DNA of 64,000 nt from an uncultured Halanaerobiales bacterium (GCA_913055675.1 CAJXKY010000001.1:11094-75093), one strand, 5' to 3'. Positions 19,937 to 29,370 are shown, counted from the first letter of the stretch. Program-made: numbers and translations. Notes: generated from the sequence alone by a model not told the origin.

Positions 19937-19948
19937 AGGATGATTTAT

Positions 19949-20545
19949 ATGAATGCTATAATATTAGCAGGTGGTAAAAGTTCAAGGTTTGGTTCTAATA
20001 AGGCTATGTACAAACTAGACCAAAAACCTATGTTAGAAAACATTATAGAAAAATTAGAACCTTTTTTCAACAAAATATATATTATAGGAAATGAAAAACA
20101 GGAATTGAAGGGAATTAAGGGAAAAATTGAATATTTAACAGATAAAATCCCAGATAAAGGTCCATTAGGAGGGTTATATACTGGTTTATCAAAGACTGAT
20201 AGCCAATTTAATTACCTACAGGCTTGTGATATGCCATTTATCTGTGAGGATTATTTAAACTTCATGCAATGTTATGTAGATAAAGATAGCAAATATGAGG
20301 CATATATTCCTGAAAAAGGAGGTTATTTAGAACCCTTTGTAGGTATTTATAACAAAAATATAAAAGAAGAAATATTGAAATTGATTAAAAAAGATCAACT
20401 TAACTTTGATTATTTATTCAATAAGATAAATATCAAAAAGATTCCTGAAGAAGAAATAGAAAAGGTAGCGGATACCAAAAGAATATTTTTTAATATTAAT
20501 CGAAAAGAAGATTTGGTTAAATATAATAAATTTAAAGTTAAATAA
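19949..20545 (+). CDS. mobA: molybdenum cofactor guanylyltransferase
   Basis: ILAGGKSSRFG N-terminal motif and GPLGG. Confidence 0.85.
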   Translation: MNAIILAGGKSSRFGSNKAMYKLDQKPMLENIIEKLEPFFNKIYIIGNEKQELKGIKGKIEYLTDKIPDKGPLGGLYTGLSKTDSQFNYLQACDMPFICEDYLNFMQCYVDKDSKYEAYIPEKGGYLEPFVGIYNKNIKEEILKLIKKDQLNFDYLFNKINIKKIPEEEIEKVADTKRIFFNINRKEDLVKYNKFKVK

Positions 20546-20548
20546 ATA

Positions 20549-20578
20549 AAAAAGGGACAGCTAATAGCTGTCCCTTTA
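20549..20578. terminator. bidirectional rho-independent terminator between convergent operons
   Basis: AAAGGGACAGC-TAAT-AGCTGTCCCTTT flanked by A-run and T-run. Confidence 0.8.
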
Positions 20579-20594
20579 CTTTATCATATTATAT

Positions 20595-21386
20595 TTAAAC
20601 TGTATATTTTACGATTATTTCAGGGTCAAGAACTCTAAACATAAATGATTCACTAATAAACAATCTTACTGATTTAGAATCATGTTCTTCGAATCCGATT
20701 GAGAAGTCTTGACCAATTGTTAGTTCTAAGTCTTCATGATCTTTTGGAATTAAGAGTGCTCCTTCTATTTCTTCACTAAAGACTATTTCGCCACCAATAA
20801 CTTCTTCTATACGTTTATTTAAAGGATAACCCTTTATTTGCTTTTGAATTCTTGAATATGCTTCTTTACCTACAATTAGATTATAAGGTTTATCAGCATA
20901 TACATCTTGTAACATGATCATACCTTCACTTACTGAATCCATAATAGAAGAATCTTCTTTTCCAAATGAAAGGGATTTTTTAGCTACTTTATTTAAACCT
21001 TTAATGTCACCTGCTTTAAATCCATTATAGATTGCGTTATCTTCAAATTCAGCCATTTTTTCGACAGCTTTTTCTAATGGACCTAAATCAACATCTTTAG
21101 CTCCTCTTTCTAAATTATCCATTTCCCATCTGTTTAGTTCAAAAGTATAACGTGATTCTATAAGAGGAGTTACTTTATATTTACTACTTCTTACTTCATC
21201 TTCATTTCCTTTAATAATTCCAAGTTTACCTTCTGAAATTGAATTGAATTCTATACCATGAGGACCATCTACATTCACAGATTTACGAGCTGTTAATTGA
21301 GTTTTGAAAACTTCAGCAGCTCTTTCATCTATTTCGTCCCATGCCTTTTGAGTTAAAGGAGCTTGTTCTCTTTTTAATAAATCCAT
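20595..21386 (-). CDS. family 1 encapsulin nanocompartment shell protein
   Basis: 263 aa. N-terminus MDLLKREQAPLTQKAWDEIDERA and overall linocin-M18/HK97-fold encapsulin pattern. Lies directly downstream of a cargo gene. Confidence 0.9.
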   Translation of the reverse strand: MDLLKREQAPLTQKAWDEIDERAAEVFKTQLTARKSVNVDGPHGIEFNSISEGKLGIIKGNEDEVRSSKYKVTPLIESRYTFELNRWEMDNLERGAKDVDLGPLEKAVEKMAEFEDNAIYNGFKAGDIKGLNKVAKKSLSFGKEDSSIMDSVSEGMIMLQDVYADKPYNLIVGKEAYSRIQKQIKGYPLNKRIEEVIGGEIVFSEEIEGALLIPKDHEDLELTIGQDFSIGFEEHDSKSVRLFISESFMFRVLDPEIIVKYTV

Positions 21387-21407
21387 ATTAATACCTCCTT
21401 AAAAATG

Positions 21408-21764
21408 TTATTTCATATTACCAATATTTAAACCTTTAGATTCACCTTCGTCATCATCTTCTTCATCTTCACCTTCAGCCTCTTCAATTTCTGTTATCGG
21501 TTGATTGGTAAATAGATAGGTTTCTAATTCTTCTTTCCAAGCTGGAACATTTCTTCTCAACCATTCTAATGCCATGGCGGCATGTTCAATTTCTTCATCG
21601 CGATTGTGTTCTAAAATTGCTTGTACATCGGGATCATTAGTTGCAGAAGCTCTCTGATTGTACCAATTCACAGCCTCAACTTCTTCTTTTAAACTATTTA
21701 ATATACGTGCCGTGTCTAAAGTTTTTTCGTCCATATTTTCTTGTGGTTCATGATAATCTGACAT
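21408..21764 (-). CDS. encapsulated ferritin-like cargo protein (EncFtn) with C-terminal targeting peptide
   Basis: EncFtn core (EEVEAVNWYNQR...EHNRDEEIEHAAMALEW), acidic linker, and C-terminal GLNIGNMK resembling the G-S-L-x-I-G-S-L-K encapsulin localisation sequence. Confidence 0.85.
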   Translation of the reverse strand: MSDYHEPQENMDEKTLDTARILNSLKEEVEAVNWYNQRASATNDPDVQAILEHNRDEEIEHAAMALEWLRRNVPAWKEELETYLFTNQPITEIEEAEGEDEEDDDEGESKGLNIGNMK

Positions 21765-22022
21765 TAATATATAACCTCCTCATTTTTGTTGTTCTTATGT
21801 GTTATTATCTATTATATATTATTCAATTAAAAGCATGAATATCCTTCATGCATTAAAAATTATATAGGATATATTATTAGCAAAAAAGTAAATGTTTTAC
21901 AATTTGGAAATAACTATCTCTTTATTAAAAATATTAATAAATAATTAATACAAAAAAGCTTGATAAAAATGTTATATTTAACTAAAATAATATATGAAAA
22001 AGAAAAATATGGAGGTGCAACT

Positions 22023-22928
22023 ATGTCTAATCAGGTGATGAAAGTTCATAATATAGAGAAGACGTTTCAAAATACAAAAGCAGTAGATAAAATTTCTTTC
22101 GAGGTTGAGAAAGGAGAAGTTTTAGGACTTTTAGGACCAAATGGAGCTGGAAAGACTACCACAATTAGAATGATTATGGATATTATGCAGCCTGATAAAG
22201 GTGAAATTATCTTAAATGAAAATATAATAAGTAATCAAAAAGAGATTGGATATTTGCCAGAAGAAAGAGGAATTTATGATACAACCAAAGTATTAGATAC
22301 TATTTTGTACTTTGCTGATCTTAAAAATATGGAATTAGAAGAGGCAAAAAAAGAGGCTAATAAATGGTTAAAATTATTCGATCTACTTGAATTTAAAAAC
22401 AATAAGATTGAAGATCTTTCCAGAGGTATGCAGCAAAAAGTACAGTTTATTATTTCGGTTATACATAACCCCAAATTATTAATTTTAGACGAAGTTTTTT
22501 CTGGATTAGATCCAGTAAACCAAGAATTATTTAAAAAAATTGTTCGAGATTTAATAAATGAAGGGGCAACTATCTTATTGTCTTCACATAGAATGAATTT
22601 GGTTGAAGAGATTTGTAATCGTATTTTTATGATAAACAGAGGACAAAGAGTTTTATATGGTAAAATTGATGATATTAAAGATGAATATAAACAGAAAAAA
22701 GTTATTATAAAATCTGGGAGTAATTTAACTTTTATTAAAAATCTCACTAATGTTTCAGATATTAAAATAGAGGGAAGTCAAGTATCTTTTAATATTAAAA
22801 ACAATGTTAATATCAAAGAATTTTTATCATTCATATCGGAAAAAATCAAGGTTGATGAGATATCAATTGTTAAACCACCTTTACACGAAATTTTTGTCCA
22901 TACAGCTAAAGGAGGTAATGGACAATGA
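22023..22928 (+). CDS. ABC transporter ATP-binding protein (ABC-2 type)
   Basis: Walker A GPNGAGKTT, signature LSRGMQQK, Walker B LLILDE. Confidence 0.9.
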   Translation: MSNQVMKVHNIEKTFQNTKAVDKISFEVEKGEVLGLLGPNGAGKTTTIRMIMDIMQPDKGEIILNENIISNQKEIGYLPEERGIYDTTKVLDTILYFADLKNMELEEAKKEANKWLKLFDLLEFKNNKIEDLSRGMQQKVQFIISVIHNPKLLILDEVFSGLDPVNQELFKKIVRDLINEGATILLSSHRMNLVEEICNRIFMINRGQRVLYGKIDDIKDEYKQKKVIIKSGSNLTFIKNLTNVSDIKIEGSQVSFNIKNNVNIKEFLSFISEKIKVDEISIVKPPLHEIFVHTAKGGNGQ

Positions 22929-24139
22929 AGGATAGTTTAAAAGTTGCAAAATGGGAAATTAAAACAATAATTAGAAATAAGTCCTTTATTATTATGACAA
23001 TATTTGTTCCGATTATGATTCTAATAATAGGTGGAGGTATAGGTTATTTTTCAGCCCAAAGTGAGGGCTCTGATACCTTATTAGTTGGTATTCATAATAA
23101 TACAGAAGTTATTACTAACGAAGAAATTAAGAATCGTGAAACAGATAGCATCCACTTTTTATTTTTTGAGGATATAAATGAAGATGAAATTTCAAAAACG
23201 ATAGTCGAGAACAATTTAAGTAGTTTTTTATATATTCCCAAAGGAGTTTTAAAAAATAATACTTTAAATAATTATTTTAATGATTTACAAGGTGTTGAAA
23301 CAGAAAGAATAAAAAATATATTGAATCCTTTGATCGTTGATTTAAGGATAAGAGATTCCGGATATAATGTAGATGAAATAAACAATTTGGTACGGGAAAT
23401 AAATATAAAGTCCAAATCTTTAAACTCTAAAGGGTTTAATAATGCTAATGTTATAGAAATGCTTTTACCTTTTGGATTTGCTATGCTCATGGTCTTTGCA
23501 GCAATTTTTTCAGGTTCAGCTTTGATGCAGAGTATTATAAAAGAAAAAAGTAATAGAATAGTAGAAATTATTTTATCTTCTATTAATTCCTGGGATTTGA
23601 TGATGGGTAAGGTATTAGGATATGGAATTATTGGTTTAATTCAAATTTTAATATGGGTAGTATCAGCTTTAACTGTTTTAAAATTTGTATTTGATTTTTC
23701 TCTAACATCATTATTCACAATAAAAATTATGTACATGTTTATCTTTTTTGTATTAGGATTTATTTTGATTTCTTCTATTAATGCAATTGTAGGTTCAGGG
23801 ATGAAAGAAGCACAATCTGGATCACAATCTACAGGATTTATGGTTATGATACCACTGATACCACTTTATTTCTCAAGTTTTATAGTCAATAATCCTGAAG
23901 GACTATTTAGTTATTTATTCACCTACATTCCTTTTACTTCAGCAACTACAATGTTGATTAGACTAGGATTTTCTAATCCTCCTTTAGTAGAAATATTTGG
24001 TGTCATGGTATTATTGATAATAGCAAATTATCTATTTATTAAATTGGCTGCCAAAATATTCAGAATTGGAATGTTAATGTATGGTAAAAATGCTAGTTTT
24101 AAAGAATTATTTAAATGGGCAAGAAGTAGTGATTATTAA
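22925..24139 (+). CDS. ABC-2 family transporter permease
   Basis: N-terminal TM helix, large extracytoplasmic loop, then 5 C-terminal TM helices. Start overlaps the ATPase stop. Confidence 0.8.
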   Translation: MKDSLKVAKWEIKTIIRNKSFIIMTIFVPIMILIIGGGIGYFSAQSEGSDTLLVGIHNNTEVITNEEIKNRETDSIHFLFFEDINEDEISKTIVENNLSSFLYIPKGVLKNNTLNNYFNDLQGVETERIKNILNPLIVDLRIRDSGYNVDEINNLVREINIKSKSLNSKGFNNANVIEMLLPFGFAMLMVFAAIFSGSALMQSIIKEKSNRIVEIILSSINSWDLMMGKVLGYGIIGLIQILIWVVSALTVLKFVFDFSLTSLFTIKIMYMFIFFVLGFILISSINAIVGSGMKEAQSGSQSTGFMVMIPLIPLYFSSFIVNNPEGLFSYLFTYIPFTSATTMLIRLGFSNPPLVEIFGVMVLLIIANYLFIKLAAKIFRIGMLMYGKNASFKELFKWARSSDY

Positions 24140-24159
24140 TCAGGAAAGGAGGTATAAAG

Positions 24160-24291
24160 ATGGAATTCATGAGTTTTTTGGCAACTCCAGCTTTTGTTTT
24201 TGCTTTAATAGCAATGGCTCAGGCATCTAAATTAAAAGATAGAATTGATAAATTAGAAAAGGATATTGTAGATTTACAAAATAAAATATAA
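24160..24291 (+). CDS. 43-aa small membrane/coiled-coil protein (not in ORF track)
   Basis: Strong RBS AGGAGG 6 nt upstream. Sequence MEFMSFLATPAFVFALIAMAQASKLKDRIDKLEKDIVDLQNKI is one TM helix plus an amphipathic tail. Confidence 0.5.
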   Translation: MEFMSFLATPAFVFALIAMAQASKLKDRIDKLEKDIVDLQNKI

Positions 24292-24359
24292 AGGATGATT
24301 GGTTTAAGTAAAGAAGTTAAAATATAAGTGAAAAATATATTAGAATGAAAGGAGTTATT

Positions 24360-24683
24360 ATGCTTACAAAAAGATTAAGATTATCTTTATTTGTTGGTGC
24401 TATACTAGGTATTTTTTGTATAATTGGAGTTGGATATCGACAAGGGTATGCAGGTAATGAGTTGTATTTATTTGCTATGTGGTATAATAGAATAATAATG
24501 GGACTTCTTATTGGCTTAGCAGGTAACTGGATGAAAAAAAGATATATTTTACGTGGTTTAATATTAGGTACTTTAGTAACTACAGCATTCTATCTATCAA
24601 CTGGGTTTAGAGATTTACCAGGATTTTTAGCTGGTATTGCCTATGGGGTTATAATAGACTATATTGCTACTAAATATTCATAA
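24360..24683 (+). CDS. small integral membrane protein, unknown function
   Basis: About 107 aa with 3-4 predicted TM helices. ATG follows AAGGAG. Confidence 0.55.
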   Translation: MLTKRLRLSLFVGAILGIFCIIGVGYRQGYAGNELYLFAMWYNRIIMGLLIGLAGNWMKKRYILRGLILGTLVTTAFYLSTGFRDLPGFLAGIAYGVIIDYIATKYS

Positions 24684-24788
24684 TCGAATAATTTATTATT
24701 TAGATTTGTTTTTATAAAAGGAAAAAGACAAATTTTCTTTAATATTATATAGTAAGGTATAATAATTGTGCCAAGGGAGGATTTAATA

Positions 24789-25256
24789 GTGAAAAAACTA
24801 TTATTGTTTTTATTAGTTTTAATGATCATATCTACAGCATTAAATGGCCTTTGGGAATATGGACAGACTGGAATATTTTATACAATTAATGGAGAAGCTT
24901 CTTTTGAAAATTATAATTTATTAACGGGAAGAATATTTGTAGATGTATTAGTAACTCTTATATTATTTATCTTTATGTCTATTATTAATTTTGATTGGAA
25001 ATGGTTTTTTAACTGGGATAAAAAAGATACTTTTATCATATTATTGTTTGCTTTTTTAGCAAGTTTTTATGTAGAGGTAAATGCTTTATATATAGGTAGA
25101 TGGAGTTATAGCAGTAGTATGCCTCTTTTAATAGGTACTGAAGTTGGATTCCTTCCATTATTGCAGTGGATGGTCATTATTCCTATTTCTTTAATATTGA
25201 CACGTTTGGTCATGAAAGGTAGTATTAAAAATAATAAAAGGTATAGATTTTATTAA
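24789..25256 (+). CDS. integral membrane protein, unknown function
   Basis: GTG start 8 nt after AGGGAGG. Four or more hydrophobic helices. Confidence 0.55.
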   Translation: MKKLLLFLLVLMIISTALNGLWEYGQTGIFYTINGEASFENYNLLTGRIFVDVLVTLILFIFMSIINFDWKWFFNWDKKDTFIILLFAFLASFYVEVNALYIGRWSYSSSMPLLIGTEVGFLPLLQWMVIIPISLILTRLVMKGSIKNNKRYRFY

Positions 25257-25567
25257 ATTAATTTAATGTAAGCTTATATTAGAAGAGAAAGTACTTTAAA
25301 AATTTATTAATCATCAATATTATTATTCGATTTTCTTACAATTATTCAATATATTTAAATCAAGTTTAGAAGATTTCTATATTAAAGTAATAAATTAAAC
25401 CAATAAAGCAAAATCATCCCTGTGTGTAAATATTTTTGTTGAATGGTATAAATAAGTTTAGGCTATATTTAAAAGGAACGGTTATTGTTAACTTTGAAAT
25501 AATAACTATAATTTAAGTTTAATATTTTTTTATTATTAGTAAAAGCAAAAAATAATTCAATAATCAA

Positions 25568-25595
25568 TTACAACACAAATATAATATGTTATAAT
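25568..25595 (+). promoter_or_regulatory. candidate promoter of the M-like/S-like pair
   Basis: TTACAA (25568-73), 16 nt, TATAAT (25590-95). Followed by AGAGGTGG RBS and ATG 25617. Confidence 0.5.
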
Positions 25596-25616
25596 TTTTA
25601 AAAGAGGTGGTAAAAT

Positions 25617-26534
25617 ATGGTAGAAGAATCTTCTCTGAAAGCAGAAATTAAAGAAATAGAGGATTTTATAAAAAACAATGAGAATAATCCGATAGATGAT
25701 ATAAATAGAATTCTTGAAATATTAACTAATTATAAAAACGATTCGATGAGTATAAACAAAAGTAATCCCTATTATGGAGTAATAAAAGAGATGATTTTAT
25801 TAGAACCGAAAAAAAAATATCAAGTTTTATTCAATGTTTTTAATAATCTTATTATTAATAAAGAGTTACCAATATTAATTACTGACAATTTAATAGAATT
25901 GATAGCTAGACAAATAGATATAATTAGTAATGCAAAATCTATCAATTTATTATTAACAAATAATAATGCTAAATTACTAGGACAAATTTATTATAATACT
26001 AATATAGATCATATAGATATTTATAGTGAGGAAATTAAATATAAAAATATATTTAAAAAACTATATAATATTGGTGAAATAAATAATGTTGAGTTTATTG
26101 AAAAAAATATAATAAATACAAAACAGCAAAGAAAGTATGATTTGATATTAAGTCCTGTATTATTTAAAAGTAAAAAGGTTAACTTTAATAATGAAAAAGT
26201 TGATATTAAAGAAGCAGTAATTGAGGAAATATTGAATAGATTAAAAAATGATGGTTATTTGTTTAGTATTGTAAAAGATGGTATCTTAAACAATAAACAA
26301 TTTGAAGGACTTAGAGAAAAGTTATTAGATAAGTTTGATCTCTTATCAATTATAGAATTTCCTAAAACTATTTCATATGAAAATCGAGCGGTTAATACTT
26401 CACTTTTAATTATTAGAAATAATGAAGAACAAAATGAAAAAGTGTTTTTAGCACTACTTGAAAAAGATTCAAAAGAGGAGACAAACAATTTAATAGAAAA
26501 ATTCAACTCGTATTATTGTGGAGTGGTTAAATGA
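25617..26534 (+). CDS. HsdM-like N6-adenine methyltransferase homolog with degenerate SAM-binding and catalytic motifs
   Basis: The fold order matches gamma-class N6-MTases. Motif I is INLLLTNNNAKLL instead of DPxCGSGxFL. Motif IV is DLILSPVLF instead of D..xNPPF. The post-motif-IV region is conserved (DGYLFSIVKDGILNN..GLREKLLDKFDLLSIIEFP...NTSLLIIRNN). Confidence 0.6.
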   Translation: MVEESSLKAEIKEIEDFIKNNENNPIDDINRILEILTNYKNDSMSINKSNPYYGVIKEMILLEPKKKYQVLFNVFNNLIINKELPILITDNLIELIARQIDIISNAKSINLLLTNNNAKLLGQIYYNTNIDHIDIYSEEIKYKNIFKKLYNIGEINNVEFIEKNIINTKQQRKYDLILSPVLFKSKKVNFNNEKVDIKEAVIEEILNRLKNDGYLFSIVKDGILNNKQFEGLREKLLDKFDLLSIIEFPKTISYENRAVNTSLLIIRNNEEQNEKVFLALLEKDSKEETNNLIEKFNSYYCGVVK

Positions 26535-27820
26535 AATCATTAATAATTAACCAAAGTGATTTTGAATCAAAATGGTCAGTAAACAGGTATCTTAATTTAC
26601 CTAAACCACCTGATACAGAGCTAATAAATATAACAGAAATACTATATATTAATCCCGAAAAAAGATATCTAAGTAATAATAAGATAACTGAGGACATGGA
26701 ATTAATAGAAGCAAAATCGGTAGATAAAAATACAGGTATGATTAAAAACCCAATCAAAATAAGAAACAAAAATGATTTGCCTCAAAGAGCCAGGTTGATT
26801 GCCAAACCAGGAGATATTATTTTTCCAACTATTCAAAGTGAAAATATTTCACCCATTTTCATCAAAAATAATGATTATATAGTCTCGGATTATTTTGCAG
26901 TTCTTGTACCAAAGTATAATAGGATGACAGACCCTTATTATTTATATTGGTCTTTACAAGATGATTATGTAAAAGAACAGGTGAGATCTTATTATCAAGG
27001 TAGTTATGGCAAAAAAATTAATATTGAAGAATTTAAAAAAATAAAAATTAAGTGGTTGGATAAAACTAAAAGAAAAAAGAAAAGTAAGAATGTAAAAAGT
27101 TTTCTTTCTGCACTTGAAGAGAAAAACAGTGAATTATCTTTAAAAGATACTATTGATAGGATATTTGAAGATACATTTGAAATCAATAAAGAGGAGCTTA
27201 AAAGTGAAAAAAGTAAAATTGCTTCTAAAAATTTATTGGAAAAGCAAAAAACTTGGAATATAAAGCAGTTGTTGGTTGCAAAATTAAAAGAAAATACAAC
27301 TCATCAAGTTAGGAAACTTAATGAAATTGCCCTAAATATTACCATGGGATTACAACATCGTAATGTAGAAAAGATAGATAAAAAATCTCTAATTAAAGGT
27401 AAAAACATTGAAGTTATGAAATTAAAGTTACAAGACAAAAATAAAAGCCCGGTTCATACTGTAGAAAAACATCAACTACAAAATAATGATATTATAATTA
27501 GAGTTAAGGGTAAAATTGGACCATGCACACTGGTAACAAAGGAAGAAGAAGGAATGCATTTTTATAATGATATAGCTAAAATCAAAGCAGATAAAAACAT
27601 TGTTATGCCTCAGTATTTATCCTTATATTTAAATGGATTTTTTGGAGATTATTACTTAAATAAATATAGCAAGGATAAATCTATGACTTATTTAAACATT
27701 AAATCTCTTAATAAAATTCCGGTTATTATTCCGGGAATATTAGATCAATTTAAAATAATTGAAAGATTTCATAACGAAAAAATTATTCATTTGATAAACA
27801 AAAACAATATTTTTAATTAA
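26531..27820 (+). CDS. HsdS-like specificity subunit homolog (two target-recognition domains plus coiled-coil spacers)
   Basis: Duplicated TRD pattern: AKPGDIIFPTI...YLYWSLQ...INIEEFKKIKI and LQNNDIIIRVKG...YLSLYLNG...LNIKSLNKIPVIIP, each followed by a helical spacer. Shows ATGA start/stop overlap with the M-like gene. Confidence 0.6.
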   Translation: MKSLIINQSDFESKWSVNRYLNLPKPPDTELINITEILYINPEKRYLSNNKITEDMELIEAKSVDKNTGMIKNPIKIRNKNDLPQRARLIAKPGDIIFPTIQSENISPIFIKNNDYIVSDYFAVLVPKYNRMTDPYYLYWSLQDDYVKEQVRSYYQGSYGKKINIEEFKKIKIKWLDKTKRKKKSKNVKSFLSALEEKNSELSLKDTIDRIFEDTFEINKEELKSEKSKIASKNLLEKQKTWNIKQLLVAKLKENTTHQVRKLNEIALNITMGLQHRNVEKIDKKSLIKGKNIEVMKLKLQDKNKSPVHTVEKHQLQNNDIIIRVKGKIGPCTLVTKEEEGMHFYNDIAKIKADKNIVMPQYLSLYLNGFFGDYYLNKYSKDKSMTYLNIKSLNKIPVIIPGILDQFKIIERFHNEKIIHLINKNNIFN

Positions 27821-27977
27821 TAATAATTTCTTTGTTTAACTAGAAAGGAGAAGGTCCTGATATAATTAAATCAAGCCTTCTCGTTTAAATTAAATATACA
27901 AATAAATATTGAGATATTTTTTATAAAGGTTCGATTAAATATCATAGTTATTCTCAGCAATATTATTTACAGTATCT

Positions 27978-29225
27978 TTAAAAATCCCAGTCAATGTTAG
28001 GTTTTGGTAATGTAATAAAAAGATTGTCTAATTTTTGTATAAGCTCTTTAGGCGCTTTAAAATAATTTGTATATGGTAATATGGCAGGACGAACTGCCCC
28101 TAACCACATTCTGGTAAAAGTATTTATATTTGTTTTAAGAACTAAAAGTCCTGGAGTTAATCCTTTTTTAATCTTAGAAGTTCTTCCAAAACTTAAAGTA
28201 TATTCTCCACTTAAACCCTGCCACGGTGAATTATCATCTAAATAGTTTTCAATAGGATCTTTTAATTGGAGATTAAATTCTAGTTTGTTATTAGGAAATG
28301 TTGTTTTATTTATGCAATCTTCTAGGTTTAAAATGCGTGCTTGCCAGAAAGCTTTAGCTTTATTTGTTACTTCGAATTTACTATTTTTTGTAACATGGGA
28401 ATCATGATATGGTTTTTCAATAAATTGTTGAAATTGAATTCCTGCTGGTTCCAATATTCTTACTAAATGGACTTGATCACCTAAAGCTTTCAATAAATTC
28501 ATTAATTCAAAAAATTGTTCTTTATTATTAAAGATCATCCATCTGATTAAATAAGGTCCACGTAAATCATTTACGGGTTTAATCCACATATGATGAGTTA
28601 TATTTCCATCTTTATTCCGATAACCTAAGCCGAAAGGTTTACTTGAACCAAATAACATTTCAGAGTGTGTGATTTCAGTAGGCAAAAGAGTACAGTAACC
28701 ATGTCTTTTAAATCTTTCAAGCCTAGATTTATGAACATCTTTAAAATCCTCTAGTTTTATTCTTTCAGGTATTCGATAATTATTTTCTATAATTAAATGG
28801 TCAGGATCGAAACTGATGATGTGTTCATAACTGCCTGTACCATAACCTAATTTATTATAAAATCCCTGTTCAAACATACCAAGTGCTGAAACATTTACTC
28901 CTTGAGCGGCGGCTTCAGCAACCACTTCTGCAGTTGCTTTAGAAGCAATTCCTTGTTTTCTTGCAATTCTGCTTATAGTGACAGCGGTTACGGCTTGCAG
29001 TGATAATTCTTCATCAAGATATTGAATATGGCCAGGAGTAGAATTCACATAACCTTCTACTTGGTCTTTTAATAAAGCAACCTTACCTTGGCCCCCTTTT
29101 ACAAAGTACTGTAAAGCTTCATTTTGTTTTTCATTATCTTTTATCCAGCCGATTTCCTGCCAAATCTTATAAATCTTGTCAAAATCTTTTTCAAAATTAA
29201 AATATCTTAATTTCATTTCACTCAT
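27978..29225 (-). CDS. GNAT N-acetyltransferase, Eis-like (GNAT plus C-terminal SCP2-like domain)
   Basis: 415 aa. Acetyl-CoA site RKQGIASKATAEVV. Length and architecture fit the Eis family. Confidence 0.6.
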   Translation of the reverse strand: MSEMKLRYFNFEKDFDKIYKIWQEIGWIKDNEKQNEALQYFVKGGQGKVALLKDQVEGYVNSTPGHIQYLDEELSLQAVTAVTISRIARKQGIASKATAEVVAEAAAQGVNVSALGMFEQGFYNKLGYGTGSYEHIISFDPDHLIIENNYRIPERIKLEDFKDVHKSRLERFKRHGYCTLLPTEITHSEMLFGSSKPFGLGYRNKDGNITHHMWIKPVNDLRGPYLIRWMIFNNKEQFFELMNLLKALGDQVHLVRILEPAGIQFQQFIEKPYHDSHVTKNSKFEVTNKAKAFWQARILNLEDCINKTTFPNNKLEFNLQLKDPIENYLDDNSPWQGLSGEYTLSFGRTSKIKKGLTPGLLVLKTNINTFTRMWLGAVRPAILPYTNYFKAPKELIQKLDNLFITLPKPNIDWDF

Positions 29226-29370
29226 CCTTTTAATATGTATTCTTTAATAATATTCTTATTTAATACAAAAACACCTTTATATTTACAAAATTTTTGTTAT
29301 TAAATAATTGCAGGATTTTGACCTTTATAAAAGAATTTATTATTATAGAAGAGAAAAAGGAGTGATATAT

